From: Octopus sinensis
Taxonomy: Eukaryota
Direction: 5' to 3'
NCBI RefSeq assembly: GCF_006345805.1
Contig: NC_042999.1
Location: forward strand, 52,824,001-52,888,000
Length of the DNA: 64,000 bases
A program made the position numbers and the translations under genes. Below, piece after piece: positions 24,400-37,804 of this stretch. Every line of letters starts with the position of its first letter. Positions within the stretch are counted from its first letter, which is position 1. The notes beneath the pieces were generated by a model, which saw only the letters and a list, made by a program, of their open reading frames with translations, was not told the origin of the DNA and did no database searches.

Positions 24400-27300
24400 A
24401 GTATTTGTGAAATTGCTATTCAGTGGTATTTAGCTGTGAATAATGGTTTGAAGATGATTTTAACTCTCAAGGAAATTGTACTTATATGGTAGAGTCTGAC
24501 AATATGAATGATTCAATAAGGAAACTAATACACAAATTTGAATGGTTGAGTGGCTTGTCTAAGGTTTCCTATAAAGAGTACATTTATTGCTTGTGCCAGG
24601 AAGTGTACCAATAAGCAGCTGGCTGATCGCATTACAAAACGAGGTATTAAAAATTTTGAAGTCATCCCTTATGAGTTATGACAAAAGAACGTCTTGCAAT
24701 CCATGAGTTAACTTATTTTGGAGTTTTAGCCCCTGTAACGAATTTTTAAGTAAACAGCAAAAGATGGTGGTTGGGGCGATGTGTATCTATGATCTCTCTA
24801 CATATACTAATATGTACATCTACTAATATACTAATCTAGAATTGAGATGGGGAGAAGAAAGTATATCTAAATTATTGAAATGGTGTTTAATAAAGGTTAT
24901 ACAGGTATTTAATAAGGGATTATGATTTATATAATGCTAAATAATATCCTTTGTCCATTTGCAAATTTCGTAAGCAGTATAGAACGTGAAATCACATCAT
25001 TAATATGCAACAAAGCATATTTCATGCTGAAATATTGGTGGTCGAATTAGTGATAAACAATCAAGATTGAAAATAACAGCTCCCAGAGTGTGGAAGATCT
25101 GATAACGGAGAAACCATCAACTAATCATAGACGGAAGGGTGTCTTTATAAATATGGAAAAGGACAACTAACTTATTAAATGGACTGATGTAACTAGAGTT
25201 GTTATAAATATTGTTGAAACATGACGGGGAACAAAACGTAGAGAAGTTCTGAAAGATAAAGGGAACTGAATAAAGTTAAATGAAGTGGAATGTAAACATC
25301 ATAAATAACGTTTGACTGCGTATATGAGATATATTGGAAGCGGTAGTAAACTGCAGACCGAATTGCCGAGTGAATTGCATAATGAAATAGAGTGAAAGAG
25401 CGTAAGCATCCCACTTTATACACCTGCTTGAGATCAGAATCAAGGACGAAAGATATTTTATCAGGATTTAAATATAAAAGAATGCAAAATGTGACAAAAT
25501 CATTCTCGTATTTGCAATGTAAGCTTACAAGAATGTTAAGATTGGATCTGTTGGCTACATTAGTTAAGATGAAACAGATGTTAAAAAGGAACTGGAAGAA
25601 TGACATGAAATGGAATTATTAGAGCTAATACAACATCGCAAAGTAATAACAGCAAATACCAAATAACAGCAGAAACTTATGAGGAATAGAACAACAGTAT
25701 TGATTTTTTTCACGAACCTCAAAAACAAATTTTCAATCTCATATGAATAGAGCTCAATATGAGGTTTTCATGCACGAGATCAAAGTAGGGAGCCTAAGCT
25801 TCTAATAATGACACTAAAATTGAAGCTGAAATCATTCAAGAAGAGCAGAAATTAAAGCAGAAAATACTTTGAAAGAATTTAACACCGGAATATCAGAGCA
25901 AAATTTTAATCATGAATGCAAAGAAAATGTTCAAGAATTAACAGAAGCATTTGAAGAGGTAATAACAACAGTCAACAGAATCCTTAGTAAAGAAAATAAA
26001 CTTAGGAATCTTTGGTTAAATAATATTTTAATCAGTTGTCATGAAAGAATGGCACCAACAAGGGAAACGATATGGAAGCAAAATAGAAGGAACGGAATGT
26101 AAAGTTGGCGATATAAAAGTCAAAATGAAAATTATGTGAGTAAATGATGACAGGACTAAGAGTTAGGGGAATAAGAAGACCATTTAGAGAAAATACGTGA
26201 AGAAAATATAAAGAAATATTTACAGAAGTAATCAGAGAATACGAATACGTAGCCATATATCTGATGAAAATATGCATTGCAACCTATCACTCATAGTAAA
26301 ATGATTAAGTGATCGATGAAGTAAATAGTGAAAAAATATTTACAATATATACAAGGTAGATGATTAGAGTGAAAAAGAAGTGAATAGAAAAATGGTAAAA
26401 ACATTAAGAAAGAAACAAAAAAAGATTCCTTTGATATAAAAGAAAAAATTAATGAATCCCTTGAAAGTGATACGAGAAAGTATGGTCTACGTCAGTCTAT
26501 CGCAGGGATTATTGGTAAAACTTGCTGTGATATTTCAGTGCCGAAGAATGATCCAGCAAATAATCAGAAAATAATTATAATATCACAGCTAAAGAAGTGA
26601 ACACCAACATGTATGTCAACCGTGCAGTCAGCTTAAATTGCTATCCATGTCAGATTTTGCAATGAAAATGACAGCTACGTAAGCAAAGTTTCCTTGATCA
26701 AAACTAAATAATAATAATGACAGTTAGGAAAAACAGGCAAGTTTCCAAAGAAACACTCCAGAACAGATTTGTAAACTTAATATGATGTTTACAACAAATT
26801 GGTCGATTTAAAGAAAATGTTTGAGTGTTTATCATATGTTATGAACTATGAGAAAATAAAATAAAAGCCTACCTGTAATTAATGCTATAAAGTCATTATA
26901 TGAAAGTGTGAAAGGTGTGGCCTGGGTTGAGAATTGGCCATATTATTGGTTTAAGACCACCGATGGCGTCAAAGAAGATTGAGTTCTATGGCTTTTTTGA
27001 CATGTTTTTAAATAAGTAATGGTCAAACGCTTGACACTTGTCGAAGCAAATATTGAAATAAGAAATAGAGAGGAAAGTCATATTCAATTTACTGGACACA
27101 AGTGAAAACGTTGATAGGTAATAACTTCTCGATACAAATTCCCGTGAAAAAGTAATGTCAATAATGATGGAAACATTTTAATAATAATACAAACTAAAAG
27201 AGCAAAACTAGCCCAATTGAAACAACAATGGAGGCAATCAAATAAGCTGATGACTAATTAATTTGGGAAGACAATAAAGGAATATTTAAATGTTGGATTA

Positions 27301-27450
27301 AAGCTGGCAGAGACTGTGTGTGTGTGGAAAATTCGTTTCTTAACGCTAGGCATTTCAGCATGATTCCAAAGTGTGTAGTGATAAATCATGTAGAAAGTGA
27401 GAAAAATCAGAAGGGTAATATAGAGAAAAACTGTTTCTTCTTCCATATAT
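24400..27450 (+). pseudogene. Heavily decayed APE-type LINE (RTE-like) ORF remnant
   Basis: Scattered motif remnants in LINE order: DRI (24627), GD (24776), W...NGET.N (25092), DLKKMF (26804), TTDGVK (26956), late RT-like region to ~27400; many stops. Confidence 0.4.
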
Positions 27451-27654
27451 TGAATATTGAACTATTATAAGTATCGGGGGGGGGGATGTTCTGAACTTCG
27501 AACCACTTATGTCATTTATCAAAGTACAAAACAAAGATGAAAAGCTCAGGATTCCATGATATACTACCTATAGTAAATACAGTAATGTGAGGAACAATAT
27601 GGTTAAGTGGTAGAGAAAGAGGAGGAACCGAGTGGATAAGCAAAATCAGAGTGT

Positions 27655-27773
27655 GGGGATAGATAGATAGATAGATAGAGAGATAGAGAGAGAGATAAGA
27701 GAGATAGAGAGATAGAGAGAGAAAGAGAGAGAGAGATAGGAAGAGAAAGAGAAAGAGCGAGCGAGATAGAAAG

Positions 27774-27830
<57 letters not shown>

Positions 27831-27870
27831 TAGAGAGAGAGAAAGAGAGAGAGAGATAGGAAGAGAAAGA

Positions 27871-27906
<36 letters not shown>

Positions 27907-28109
27907 AAGAGGGAGAGAGAAAGAGAGAGCGAGATAGAAAGATAGATAGATAGATAAAGAGAGAGAGAGATAGGAAGAGAAAGAGAGAGCGAGATGGAAA
28001 GATAGATAGAGAGAGAGATAGATAGAGAGATAGAAAGATAGATAGATAGATAGAGAGAGATAGGAAGAGAAAGAGAGAGAGAAAGAGAAAGAGAGAGCGA
28101 GAGAGAAAG

Positions 28110-28147
<38 letters not shown>
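27655..28147. repeat. Complex purine microsatellite mosaic (GA/GATA/GAAA)
   Basis: Directly visible. Confidence 0.95.
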
Positions 28148-28148
<1 letters not shown>

Positions 28149-28322
28149 ATGATTGAATACATGAAGTGTTTGGTGAGCGGCATGATAACGGTGCTGTTGA
28201 GTCTTTTGCTACGCATTTTCAGCTTCACCCGTTTGTGATTTTTTTTCATTCAGTGTAAGATAGAATATTTGTACATTATTTACATTATTTACATTTGATG
28301 GATATTTGTCCTCATGTTGTTA

Positions 28323-28366
28323 ACACAACATTTCGTCTGATATACCCTCCAGCCGTCATCAGGTAT
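28323..28366 (-). ncRNA. Minimal type-I hammerhead, family H1, catalytic core intact
   Basis: Reverse strand atac-CTGATGA-c-ggctgg/agggtata/tcagac-GAAA-tg-TT-gtgt. Confidence 0.7.
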
Positions 28367-28416
28367 CTTGGGGAAATTTCGAACCTCACGTATTCCTCAC
28401 GTATTTTTCGATTTTA

Positions 28417-28475
<59 letters not shown>

Positions 28476-28528
28476 ATATTATTATTTACATTATTTACAT
28501 TTGATGGATATTTGTCCTCATGTTGTTA

Positions 28529-28572
28529 ACACAACATTTCGTCTGATATACCCTCCAGCCGTCATCAGGTAT
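28529..28572 (-). ncRNA. Second identical H1 hammerhead of the tandem dimer
   Basis: Identical to 28323-28366, offset by 206 bp. Confidence 0.7.
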
Positions 28573-28622
28573 CTTGGGGAAATTTCGAACCTCACGTATT
28601 CCTCACGTATTTTTCGATTTTA

Positions 28623-28661
<39 letters not shown>

Positions 28662-28687
28662 TATTATTATTATTATTATAATTATTA

Positions 28688-28911
28688 TGATTTTTCCTTC
28701 TTTCTTCAAATTTTCTTCCGTTTCTCGCCGAGTGTTTTCCATACACCTAGGGCAGAGAAGCTCATTGTATGCATTCCCAGATTACACACGCAAATTCACA
28801 GATAAAATATTATTTAAAAATTAATAAATAAGTAAATTCATGGATGGATGTTGTTTTCACGGTGATAGTGCTCTTCTCAGTATATGAGCGGCTCTTCTCA
28901 GTACATGAGCT
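28688..28911 (-). mobile_element. Extreme 3' fragment of an R4/Dong-like family
   Basis: Reverse strand encodes AHVLRRAAHILRRALSP*, then 3' UTR ending in (AAT)n. Confidence 0.7.
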
Positions 28912-28964
<53 letters not shown>

Positions 28965-28965
28965 G

Positions 28966-29402
28966 CCTTTGCACAGCTTCTAACGCCGGAGATGTACTAC
29001 AGTGTCAGCTGTTCACTACCAGTGAACTAAGGTAACACTTCTTATTTTTCGAGCACATTCCGGAGTATTCGAGCGGCCCCGAGCAATGCTGTTTTCTGCA
29101 AGTGCTCCACCCTTATTGCAGCCCCTATTTGTTCCACGCACTTCACGAGATTTTTGCTCACCGTTCCCAGGACTCCGACAATTATTGGTTCTACACCACT
29201 GCTTAACCTGTCATATCTCTCAACCTTTCTTTCTTCCTTATCGCATAAATTATTGTCAGCTGGGCATGCTGTATCTATGATCTAGCATAGTTTGGTTTCT
29301 TTCTCAATTAAGACTATGTTCGGTTTCCTATTCCCTATCTCATGGTCGCACTGAATCATAAAATCTCATAGGATCTTTGCATTTCCATTTTCGACGATGC
29401 CT
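28966..29402 (-). mobile_element. 5'-truncated R4/Dong-like copy (RLE domain and 3' UTR), another family
   Basis: PEGIVENGNAKIL*DFMIQCDHEIGNRKPNIVLIEK...IIDTACPAD...VEHLQKTALLGAARILRNVLEK*; ends in (AAT)n. Confidence 0.8.
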
Positions 29403-29475
29403 TCAGGGTTGTGGTCTGGAATCGAACTCGGAATCTTGGGGTTAGTAACCACTACGCCATATGCCCGTGGGCATA
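29403..29475 (-). promoter_or_regulatory. tRNA-like Pol III head of the split H1 element
   Basis: A box TGGCGTAGTGG and B box GAGTTCGATTCC on the minus strand, shortened spacer; 5' hairpin TATGCCC-AC-GGGCATA. Confidence 0.7.
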
Positions 29476-30610
29476 TACATGGAAAAGGCGGTTCCTCAGT
29501 TCAAGATAGGTGGATTTAGAAACATTGACGGTTATCCGGCTCCAAATATTGACCAGAAATACACTATCTACTAAATAAGTGTTATTCCATTCACAGCTAA
29601 AGTCAGCAAATTATATTTGTCACAGACAATTTAAATCCAAACAATGAGCTACTTTTAATCGAAAATTTACCATAAAAAATGTCAAGAAATCTTCCTTTGT
29701 TCAGCATTTTTATTCCGTAAACATTTGTTCAAGTTGCTTTTGTCGAGGGAAAATATATGGAAGAGGGATAATTGTGATTTTCAAAGCGAGAAAAGCTAAC
29801 TGTAAGGAAATAATTTTGAAAATGAATTGTAAGAGCTAATAAAATTATAGCATGTTTGAATATTGGTTAGATACACAATACAAAATAAGAATATAATCAA
29901 TGCTGAGGCATAATGCTTAGTTCTTCTAAGTGGAAATATTATAAACAATAAAACAATTTCAATGAATTTCATTCAACTTATTTATTGGTCATGGTTGTGT
30001 AATTTAGAAATAGATGAGTAACAATAAATTATATTATAGATTCTAGTGTGTTTTTTATTATATGAAATTAAATTGGTACTCACTCAAGAAATGTGTTTTA
30101 TGCAGATGGCGACCCTAAGTAACTTGCTGCAGTATTCTCAGAACTTAATGTCTGTTATTAATACAGCAGTATTCCATATTGTTGCAATCCCTGATCGAGA
30201 AGACCCCTAACTAAATATAACAGTAATTAGAAATATAACGTAAATAGAAACTATCTATCTATATATCTATGTATCTCTCTCTCTCTCACTATATATATAT
30301 ACATGAATAGACACATACATTTATATAACCCCCATACGCGCGCGCGCGCACACACACACACACATATACGTTTATAATATGTGTGTATGTGTGTCTATAG
30401 GACAATTATTTACTGCTGCACGAAACCTTTAGATATGATAGACTAATCCATTTAATGAACTCTGAAAACAGACTCTACATTAATTTGTTTCATGTTGACC
30501 ATTGGCTGTTGGGCAATCGTTCGCATAACAGGACTGTGATTCATTCGACGCGACAGGCGCACCAGCGTAAATAAAAGACACAGCGTCTAAGAAACCTTTC
30601 AAAAACTCAC

Positions 30611-30701
30611 CCAGAAGTCGATTGTTACAAATATAGTTACAAAATCTACTGTTCTGTTGGTGGACATAACATCAGACAAAGAATTTCTATAATTACTGCA
30701 T
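30611..30701 (-). other. Candidate 91-nt exon of an unidentified host gene
   Basis: CTAAT branch-like motif, pyrimidine tract and AAG acceptor; one open frame (CSNYRNSLSDVMSTNRTVDFVTIFVTIDFW); TGG|GTGAGT donor; no recognised homology. Confidence 0.3.
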
Positions 30702-30771
30702 CTTGGGGCAACAGAAAAGATTAGCGCCAAATTAAAAGAGTCGAGTAAGATACACCATCCGATGTATATCC

Positions 30772-30808
<37 letters not shown>

Positions 30809-30980
30809 GTGTGTGTGTGTGTGTGTGTGAGTGTGTGTATGTATCTATAGTTGTAAGGACTAATATGGCAATATGCCTTCTTGGATAACACTAATTCTCA
30901 AAATAAAATTCTATAAACAGGCAAATATATTGAAATATATTTAAAACCATTCGGAACCCACACCTCCAGCTCACTCTGAC

Positions 30981-31114
<134 letters not shown>

Positions 31115-31210
31115 CATACATATATATATGTGTGTGTGTGTGTCCATACATATGTATATATATATATTATATATATTATATATATATATGTATATATATA
31201 TACATGAGTG

Positions 31211-31505
31211 AAGGTGCGTGGTTTAGTGATTCGGGCATTCGACTCACGATCGTAAGGTCGTGAGTTCAATTGCCGGCGACGCGTTGTGTCCTTGAGCAAG
31301 ACACTTTATTCCACGTTGCTCCAGTCTACTCAGCTGGCAAAAACGAGTTGTACCCGTATTTCAAAGAGCCAGCCTTGTCACACTCTGTGTCACGCTCTAT
31401 CTCCCTGACAACTATGTTAATGGTACACACGTATGTGGAGTAATCAGCCACTTGCACTTTAATTTCACGATCAAGCTGTTCTTTTGATAGGATATTCATC
31501 GTCAT
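31211..31505 (+). mobile_element. tRNA-derived SINE, head D with tail T1
   Basis: GAGTTCAATT B box, GTGTCCTTGAGCAAGACACTTTA core, tail shared with 4322 and 16265. Confidence 0.85.
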
Positions 31506-31594
31506 TATATATATATATATATGAAGAAATAAGTCAAAAATAGAAAATGCTAAAATAATTTTATAAAGAACATTCATATATATATATATAATAT

Positions 31595-31656
<62 letters not shown>

Positions 31657-31723
31657 ATGCATATATATATATTATATATATATATATATAATATATATAT
31701 ATATAATATATATATATATGCAT

Positions 31724-31755
<32 letters not shown>

Positions 31756-31787
31756 ATATATATATATAATATATATATATATTATAT

Positions 31788-31833
<46 letters not shown>

Positions 31834-31883
31834 CGTCTATAACAATATTTGGCAGAAGTCACAGTGTAGCATCGACGGAGAAT

Positions 31884-31919
<36 letters not shown>

Positions 31920-33399
31920 AGTGCATGTATGTGTGTGTGTCCATACATACTTATGTATGAGGGTGTAGAGTTTTCTCTCCCCTTTTATAAACATTCCATT
32001 ATTATGTTTATTTTCAATCAATAACCTTAATTTAACAATTACGCGTCCCCGCCCATACACAAACACAGCCACACCAACATATCGGGCGTATATTATATAA
32101 TATATGAGCACACACACGCACTGATGCGCACACATTCACACAGAGTCGAGTCCAAAAGGGAGGAGCAATACAGAAATGATATAAAGATATAAACATTTTA
32201 CCAACCACACAGAATATGCGCTCAGGTACACACATGCACACAAGAATACACTCATACATGTAGACACACATACACATTCTCTGCGATACACATACTCGGA
32301 GAACAAGCCACAGGTGATGAATGGCGATGAGAGGATTTTGACCAGCATAGCTGATTGGTTTTGCGTTTCAATTTGGCTTACAACATTCGTGATGCGAATT
32401 CCTATGTGGAAACAAATCTTTTGGAGTGTTGGTTGGGTCACTACGTCAATAATAACAACACACGCACTGGTTCAATATCTAACCAACAATCTAATCCATC
32501 GTTTATTTAATGTGTTGGTTAAACATTGAATTGCCTGTTTGTATACATACATACATGCATACAACATACATACATACATACATACATACATACATACATA
32601 CATACACAAACATGTATTTTTGGGGGTAGATAGATACGCGAAAATACAGAACAGGTTTTACGATAAAAACTCAAACTACAGCAAGTGATGATCAATTAAT
32701 TAATGATAACCTGCGAGTGTCTTGTCTTATATTAAATGATGTTGATGGGATGAATGTGTTAAACTCAATTCTAAATATAATCGCACCAAATTCATTCTTT
32801 TTTACAGTAAAGGTCAAAGCCATCAAGTTATAATTTAGATGGAAGAAGTCTTTTATGTGCATCTTTTTCTCAGTCTAGTGTCGGCCATAAATTGTGTGGG
32901 ATTATAACTGAAAAAAGGCGTACAAGTGAAACTAGCAATGTTGCACGCGGTGATCACGTGTCTATTTTGAACTAAAGTCTATTTTGGACCAAAATCTGTG
33001 AATACAACATGACAAAATCGCTCTCAGTTAATATAGTTGCTTCATAACTTTATCGTTTCAGAGAGGAAAGAAACTGGAAGTTGTTTCCGTTGTTTAACAT
33101 TTTCTTCAATGTATCATAATATCTTTTATCAGCCAGACTTATATATTTTTTTTTTACATAATTAAAGTTTGTTGCTTCCGTTCTGTATAATAAATATTGA
33201 TAATCAGCTTCCGACACGTTATCAGTAGAGAGAAAGAAACCAAATCAAAAGCTACATACTGAATTATATAATGTTTCGAAAAAGTGTCTTCAGCCAAATA
33301 TGGAAGATAAGGAAACAGAAAGAATGTGACGAATAAGCGGCAAGAGGTTTTGAGATGAAAATAGCATAATTCTGAATATAGTCAAAGTAGGCTTATGTT

Positions 33400-33465
<66 letters not shown>

Positions 33466-33483
33466 TATAAATTTATAAATAAG

Positions 33484-33790
33484 GATAATATCGATATTTA
33501 AATATCGATATTATCAAGTGGCCAGCATGGGAATAAATACCATACAAAGGTAATAATTTTTTTCAACTATAAGTAAGGGTGTCTGAGAGACACCACCATG
33601 CCGAAATAGCAGTCAAATCCCTGACTCTAAAAAACACCTTAAATGTTCATATCGCACCATGAGATAAGACAGAGGGACAAAATAGACTAGCAAAAATATA
33701 TTCCTGAATAATTCAAGATCCTGGATTTCTAGCTTTGCTTCAAATAAGCTCTGCCTTCATCAGTTGAATATATCAGATAGGCACATAAAT
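33484..33790 (-). mobile_element. PLE-type terminal repeat with hammerhead (33711-33769) and terminal 32-bp perfect palindrome (33484-33515) next to (TA)n
   Basis: Reverse strand attcaa-CTGATGA-AGGC...GCTA-GAAA-tcc-a-gga-TC-ttgaat; GATAATATCGATATTT|AAATATCGATATTATC. Confidence 0.65.
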
Positions 33791-33899
33791 ACAAATATAT
33801 ATATATACAGAACACACGTTATACTTACATATACGAAAGTCCATACATACATATATATGCACGTATGTACAAGGCCAGTTCAAACAGATCTTTATGGCA

Positions 33900-34148
33900 A
33901 GCACTGATCCCTCACTGAAAAATAATAATGGTTTCAAGTTTTTGCACAGGGCCAGCAAGTTCGGGGTACGGAGTAAGCTGATTACATTGGCTTCTCCCAG
34001 TGTTCAATTGGTACCTATTTTATCGACTGCGAAATGATGAAAGGCAAAGTTGACCTCGGCAGAATTTGAACTCAGAACGTAGCATCAGACGAAATGCTGC
34101 AAAGCATTTCGCCCGGCGTGCTGACGATTCTGCCAGCTCACCGCCTTA
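33900..34148 (-). mobile_element. tRNA-derived SINE family C
   Basis: Reverse strand AAGGCGGTGAGCTGGCAGAATCG...GAGTTCAAATTC. Confidence 0.85.
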
Positions 34149-34193
34149 CTACTACTACTACTACTACTAACTACTACTACTACTACTATACTA

Positions 34194-34230
<37 letters not shown>

Positions 34231-34253
34231 ACTTACCGCTACTGCTTTTCTTG

Positions 34254-34289
<36 letters not shown>

Positions 34290-34343
34290 TTACTACTACT
34301 ACTACTATTACTACTACTACTACTACTAATAATAATGATAATA

Positions 34344-34380
<37 letters not shown>

Positions 34381-34382
<2 letters not shown>

Positions 34383-35274
34383 CTAGAACAGCAAAGAACC
34401 ATGATAAAATGATGGCAAGAAAAACCCCTTCACGGTAAATACTGGACTAAACTAAATGCAAAAGAAATAGACAAAGAAAAATCCCAGCAATGGTTGAGAA
34501 GCTCAGGACTCAAAGCAGAGACAGAGGGATTTTTAATTGCAGCACAAGACCAAAGCCTCCCTACCAGAAATTACCAAAAACATGTAATGAAAAGAAATAT
34601 AACAAGTAACTGCAGAATATATGGAGATGGACAAGAAACAATAAATCATATTATCTCTGGCTGCCCAGTCCTGGCTAAGAAGGAATATATTCACAGACAT
34701 GACAGAGTTGGAACCTACATACACTGGAAGCTATGCCAACATTATAGAATAACAACAGAAAAAAGATGGTATAGGCACACACCAGAAAAGGTCACAGAAA
34801 ACGAAAAAGCAACCATACTTTGGGATATGCCGATACACACAGATAGAGAAATTAAGGCCAACAGACCAGATATAGTTGTCAGAGATCATGAAGAAAAAAA
34901 ATGCTTTCTAATTGATGTATCAATACCGGCAGATGACAACGTATCTCTAAAAGAAATGGAGAAACTTTCAAAATACAAAGACCTGGAAATAGAGGTAACC
35001 AGAATGTGGAATCTAAAAACAGAAACAATTCCTATCATAGTAGGTGCATTAGGCATGATAAAAAAATATTCAGACAAATATATAACAAAAACACCAGGAA
35101 TTACAAACACATATAACATACAGAAAATTACACTACTAGGCACTGCACACATCCTACGCAGAACACTTTCCATTCAATAACCATCAGAGCATCACAACAA
35201 ATCACAGCACATACCCAAGGCACACAGAGCTGTGCTCGGTAGTGAAGTGAAAGCACGCTATGAAAAATAAAACT

Positions 35275-35279
<5 letters not shown>
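34381..35279 (+). mobile_element. 5'-truncated R4/Dong-like retrotransposon (CCHC-RLE; ORF 34494-35180) in (ACT)/(AAT)n
   Basis: LKAETEGFLIAAQDQ...HIISGC...HDRVG...RPDIV...LIDVS...KY...AHILRRTLS; trinucleotide repeats at both junctions. Confidence 0.9.
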
Positions 35280-35373
<94 letters not shown>

Positions 35374-36022
35374 TAATAATAATAATAATAAGAAGAAGAA
35401 GAAGAAGAAGCAAAAGAATGATAATGAGCCATCTCTATTACGTAATAATAAGAGTGATTGATGAAAAATTATTGGACAACAATATATGTATATATGTGCC
35501 TGTTCGTTTTATATGCGCACAGTTGAGTAAACTTTCCCTCGCAAATTGCGCCATAAATATTTATGTATTTATACATTTCTGTTTCTGTAAATCATGAAAT
35601 ACAATCTATTTATATTTCTGACAGACAGACGACACGGCGTGCCGAGCCAGATGAATAGTGATCCAATCGAATGTGATCGAACTTTGTCGATCGAAACACG
35701 TCAAGGAGCTATTTGTTGAACAATAGTAATCAGATATATTAATCAGGAAATAGATACGAACCATAGGAACAGACCTAGGCAGCATTCCACTTCTAGTTAC
35801 ATTAAATTGATAGTTTAAATTTATATGTGGATTAAAAGAAATGAACATTGATATTCCCTTAATAAATGTTCATATGTGTGTGTGTGTCTGTGTGTGTGTA
35901 TGTGTTTGTGTGTGTGCGTGTGTGTGTGCATGTGTCTGTGAGTATGTATATATGTGTGCATATATACATATATAGATGTTTCGCATATAAATACATACAC
36001 ATATGCACACATACATACACCC

Positions 36023-36082
<60 letters not shown>

Positions 36083-36206
36083 TGTATTGGTGTATACAAA
36101 AATTAACGCACTGATGATTACAGTTAGACAGAAATGTTTCTCGGCACGAAATCGCTTTGCATGTGAATCGGATCCTAATTCATTGCTTACTCATATACAT
36201 GTATAA

Positions 36207-36258
<52 letters not shown>

Positions 36259-37804
36259 TCATGGAAGAAGGAAACGCGTTGTAAAATGAGATCCAGTTTG
36301 GCTCTGTGGGCTGTAATTCCCAAATAAAAATAGATTTCTCAATAAATGCAGAAAAATCATACTTATAGACACACTCAAACACGCGTAGAAACACACTCAC
36401 ACAGATACATCTACATACATTCCGCGTTAAACGGTCGCCAACATATACACTAATCAAATTGTCGGAGTCGATGTTATCGAATTTAGCCTTTAAATACTTT
36501 GACTGGGGAAAACTAAAGTCAGTAAAAGAACTAAAGAAAACTGATCACAGGCACACACACACACATACACACCCACACATGCACAACCACATACACACAC
36601 AAATACACACAGAGACACATGGACAGGCATTCACACACATACACACATACACACACACACTGACACATACACACGCTCACAGAAACACACACATACATAC
36701 ACACTTACACACACATACACACATACACATACAGAGACACACAAGCACACACATACACACACACACTCACATATACACACAGAGAGTAGTTTGAATCGAC
36801 ATAAAATACATAACGAGAACGTAATATGTTTCTACTGTTTAACATTCTTTCTACCACAATGTTCATCAGATAAATATTACAAAAGCTCTTCAGCTATTGT
36901 GCCACCGAAGCTCATTTAGATAATTTATCTCTGTGTCAATTCCTTTCCTCTCTTCATTAGCAGTGAGCATAGGACCGAATCAGCGATCAAAGGTCCGTAT
37001 ACCCTACACACAACGTAGTACGTCCACCTCTCTGAAGTTGGCTGAAAAGGTCAGCGGATCCCATTTGAATGTAGTCATCTGGATTCTTTATTCCTTTTAC
37101 TGTCACTATTGTCACCAAGGGCTTAAAACATTTTTAGTGGCGATTAATAAATGTCCTGGCAACTGTCGAATGTTTCGTGGCGATATTTAAGTATTTCGTC
37201 GATTCTATATGGCATTTCGTGCATCACATAACGGACAGTTTTCCGTTAATTTTCCTTTAGCTACCACATATAATTTGACAAAGAAGTTTTATTCGCTAGT
37301 TCATGTTTCTGAAGAAAGCAGCGTCGACTTTGTATTTTGTTTAAAATCGCTCTTCATAAAGCAGCTTGCCACAGCAATTTCAATAACCAATTAAAAAAGA
37401 AGCCGTCTAACGAATTCTCGAAGACAGCACACGCACCAGTAACATTAATATCATTGTAAAGACAATTTAACGTAACTAATATTACTTGTTGAAGAGAAAA
37501 AAATCCCACGAAAAAGCCATGAGTTATCTTGTTTGCGTGACTTTACGATGCACATGACAGAAAATGTTTTGTCCAAAATTAAATTCATTTCATATGAAGA
37601 TGATGGATTTTGAAGGAAGGAATCTGTTTACGCACTTAAACGCATACAAGTTACTAATAACGCGTTCTATTGGTCTATTTTTTACATTGAATAGCGTCAC
37701 ATCTTTTGATAAGAAATGAGTATTTACAAAATTATACATCACCATTTCTGTTACCATGTTGCAAATGAACACATTATTCACAAAGAAAATTTTAAAATAT
37801 AAAC

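Larger units (their letters stand above)
28265..28690 (-). mobile_element. Tandem dimer (206-bp period) of the H1 element body
   Basis: Identical unique blocks starting at 28295 and 28501, each followed by (TAT)n. Confidence 0.9.

Noticed and set aside
35675-35706. HHR 3' half (GATCGA/TCGATC-GAAA-CACG-TC)
   Set aside because: No CUGANGA or stem I partner; counted only as a possible remnant.
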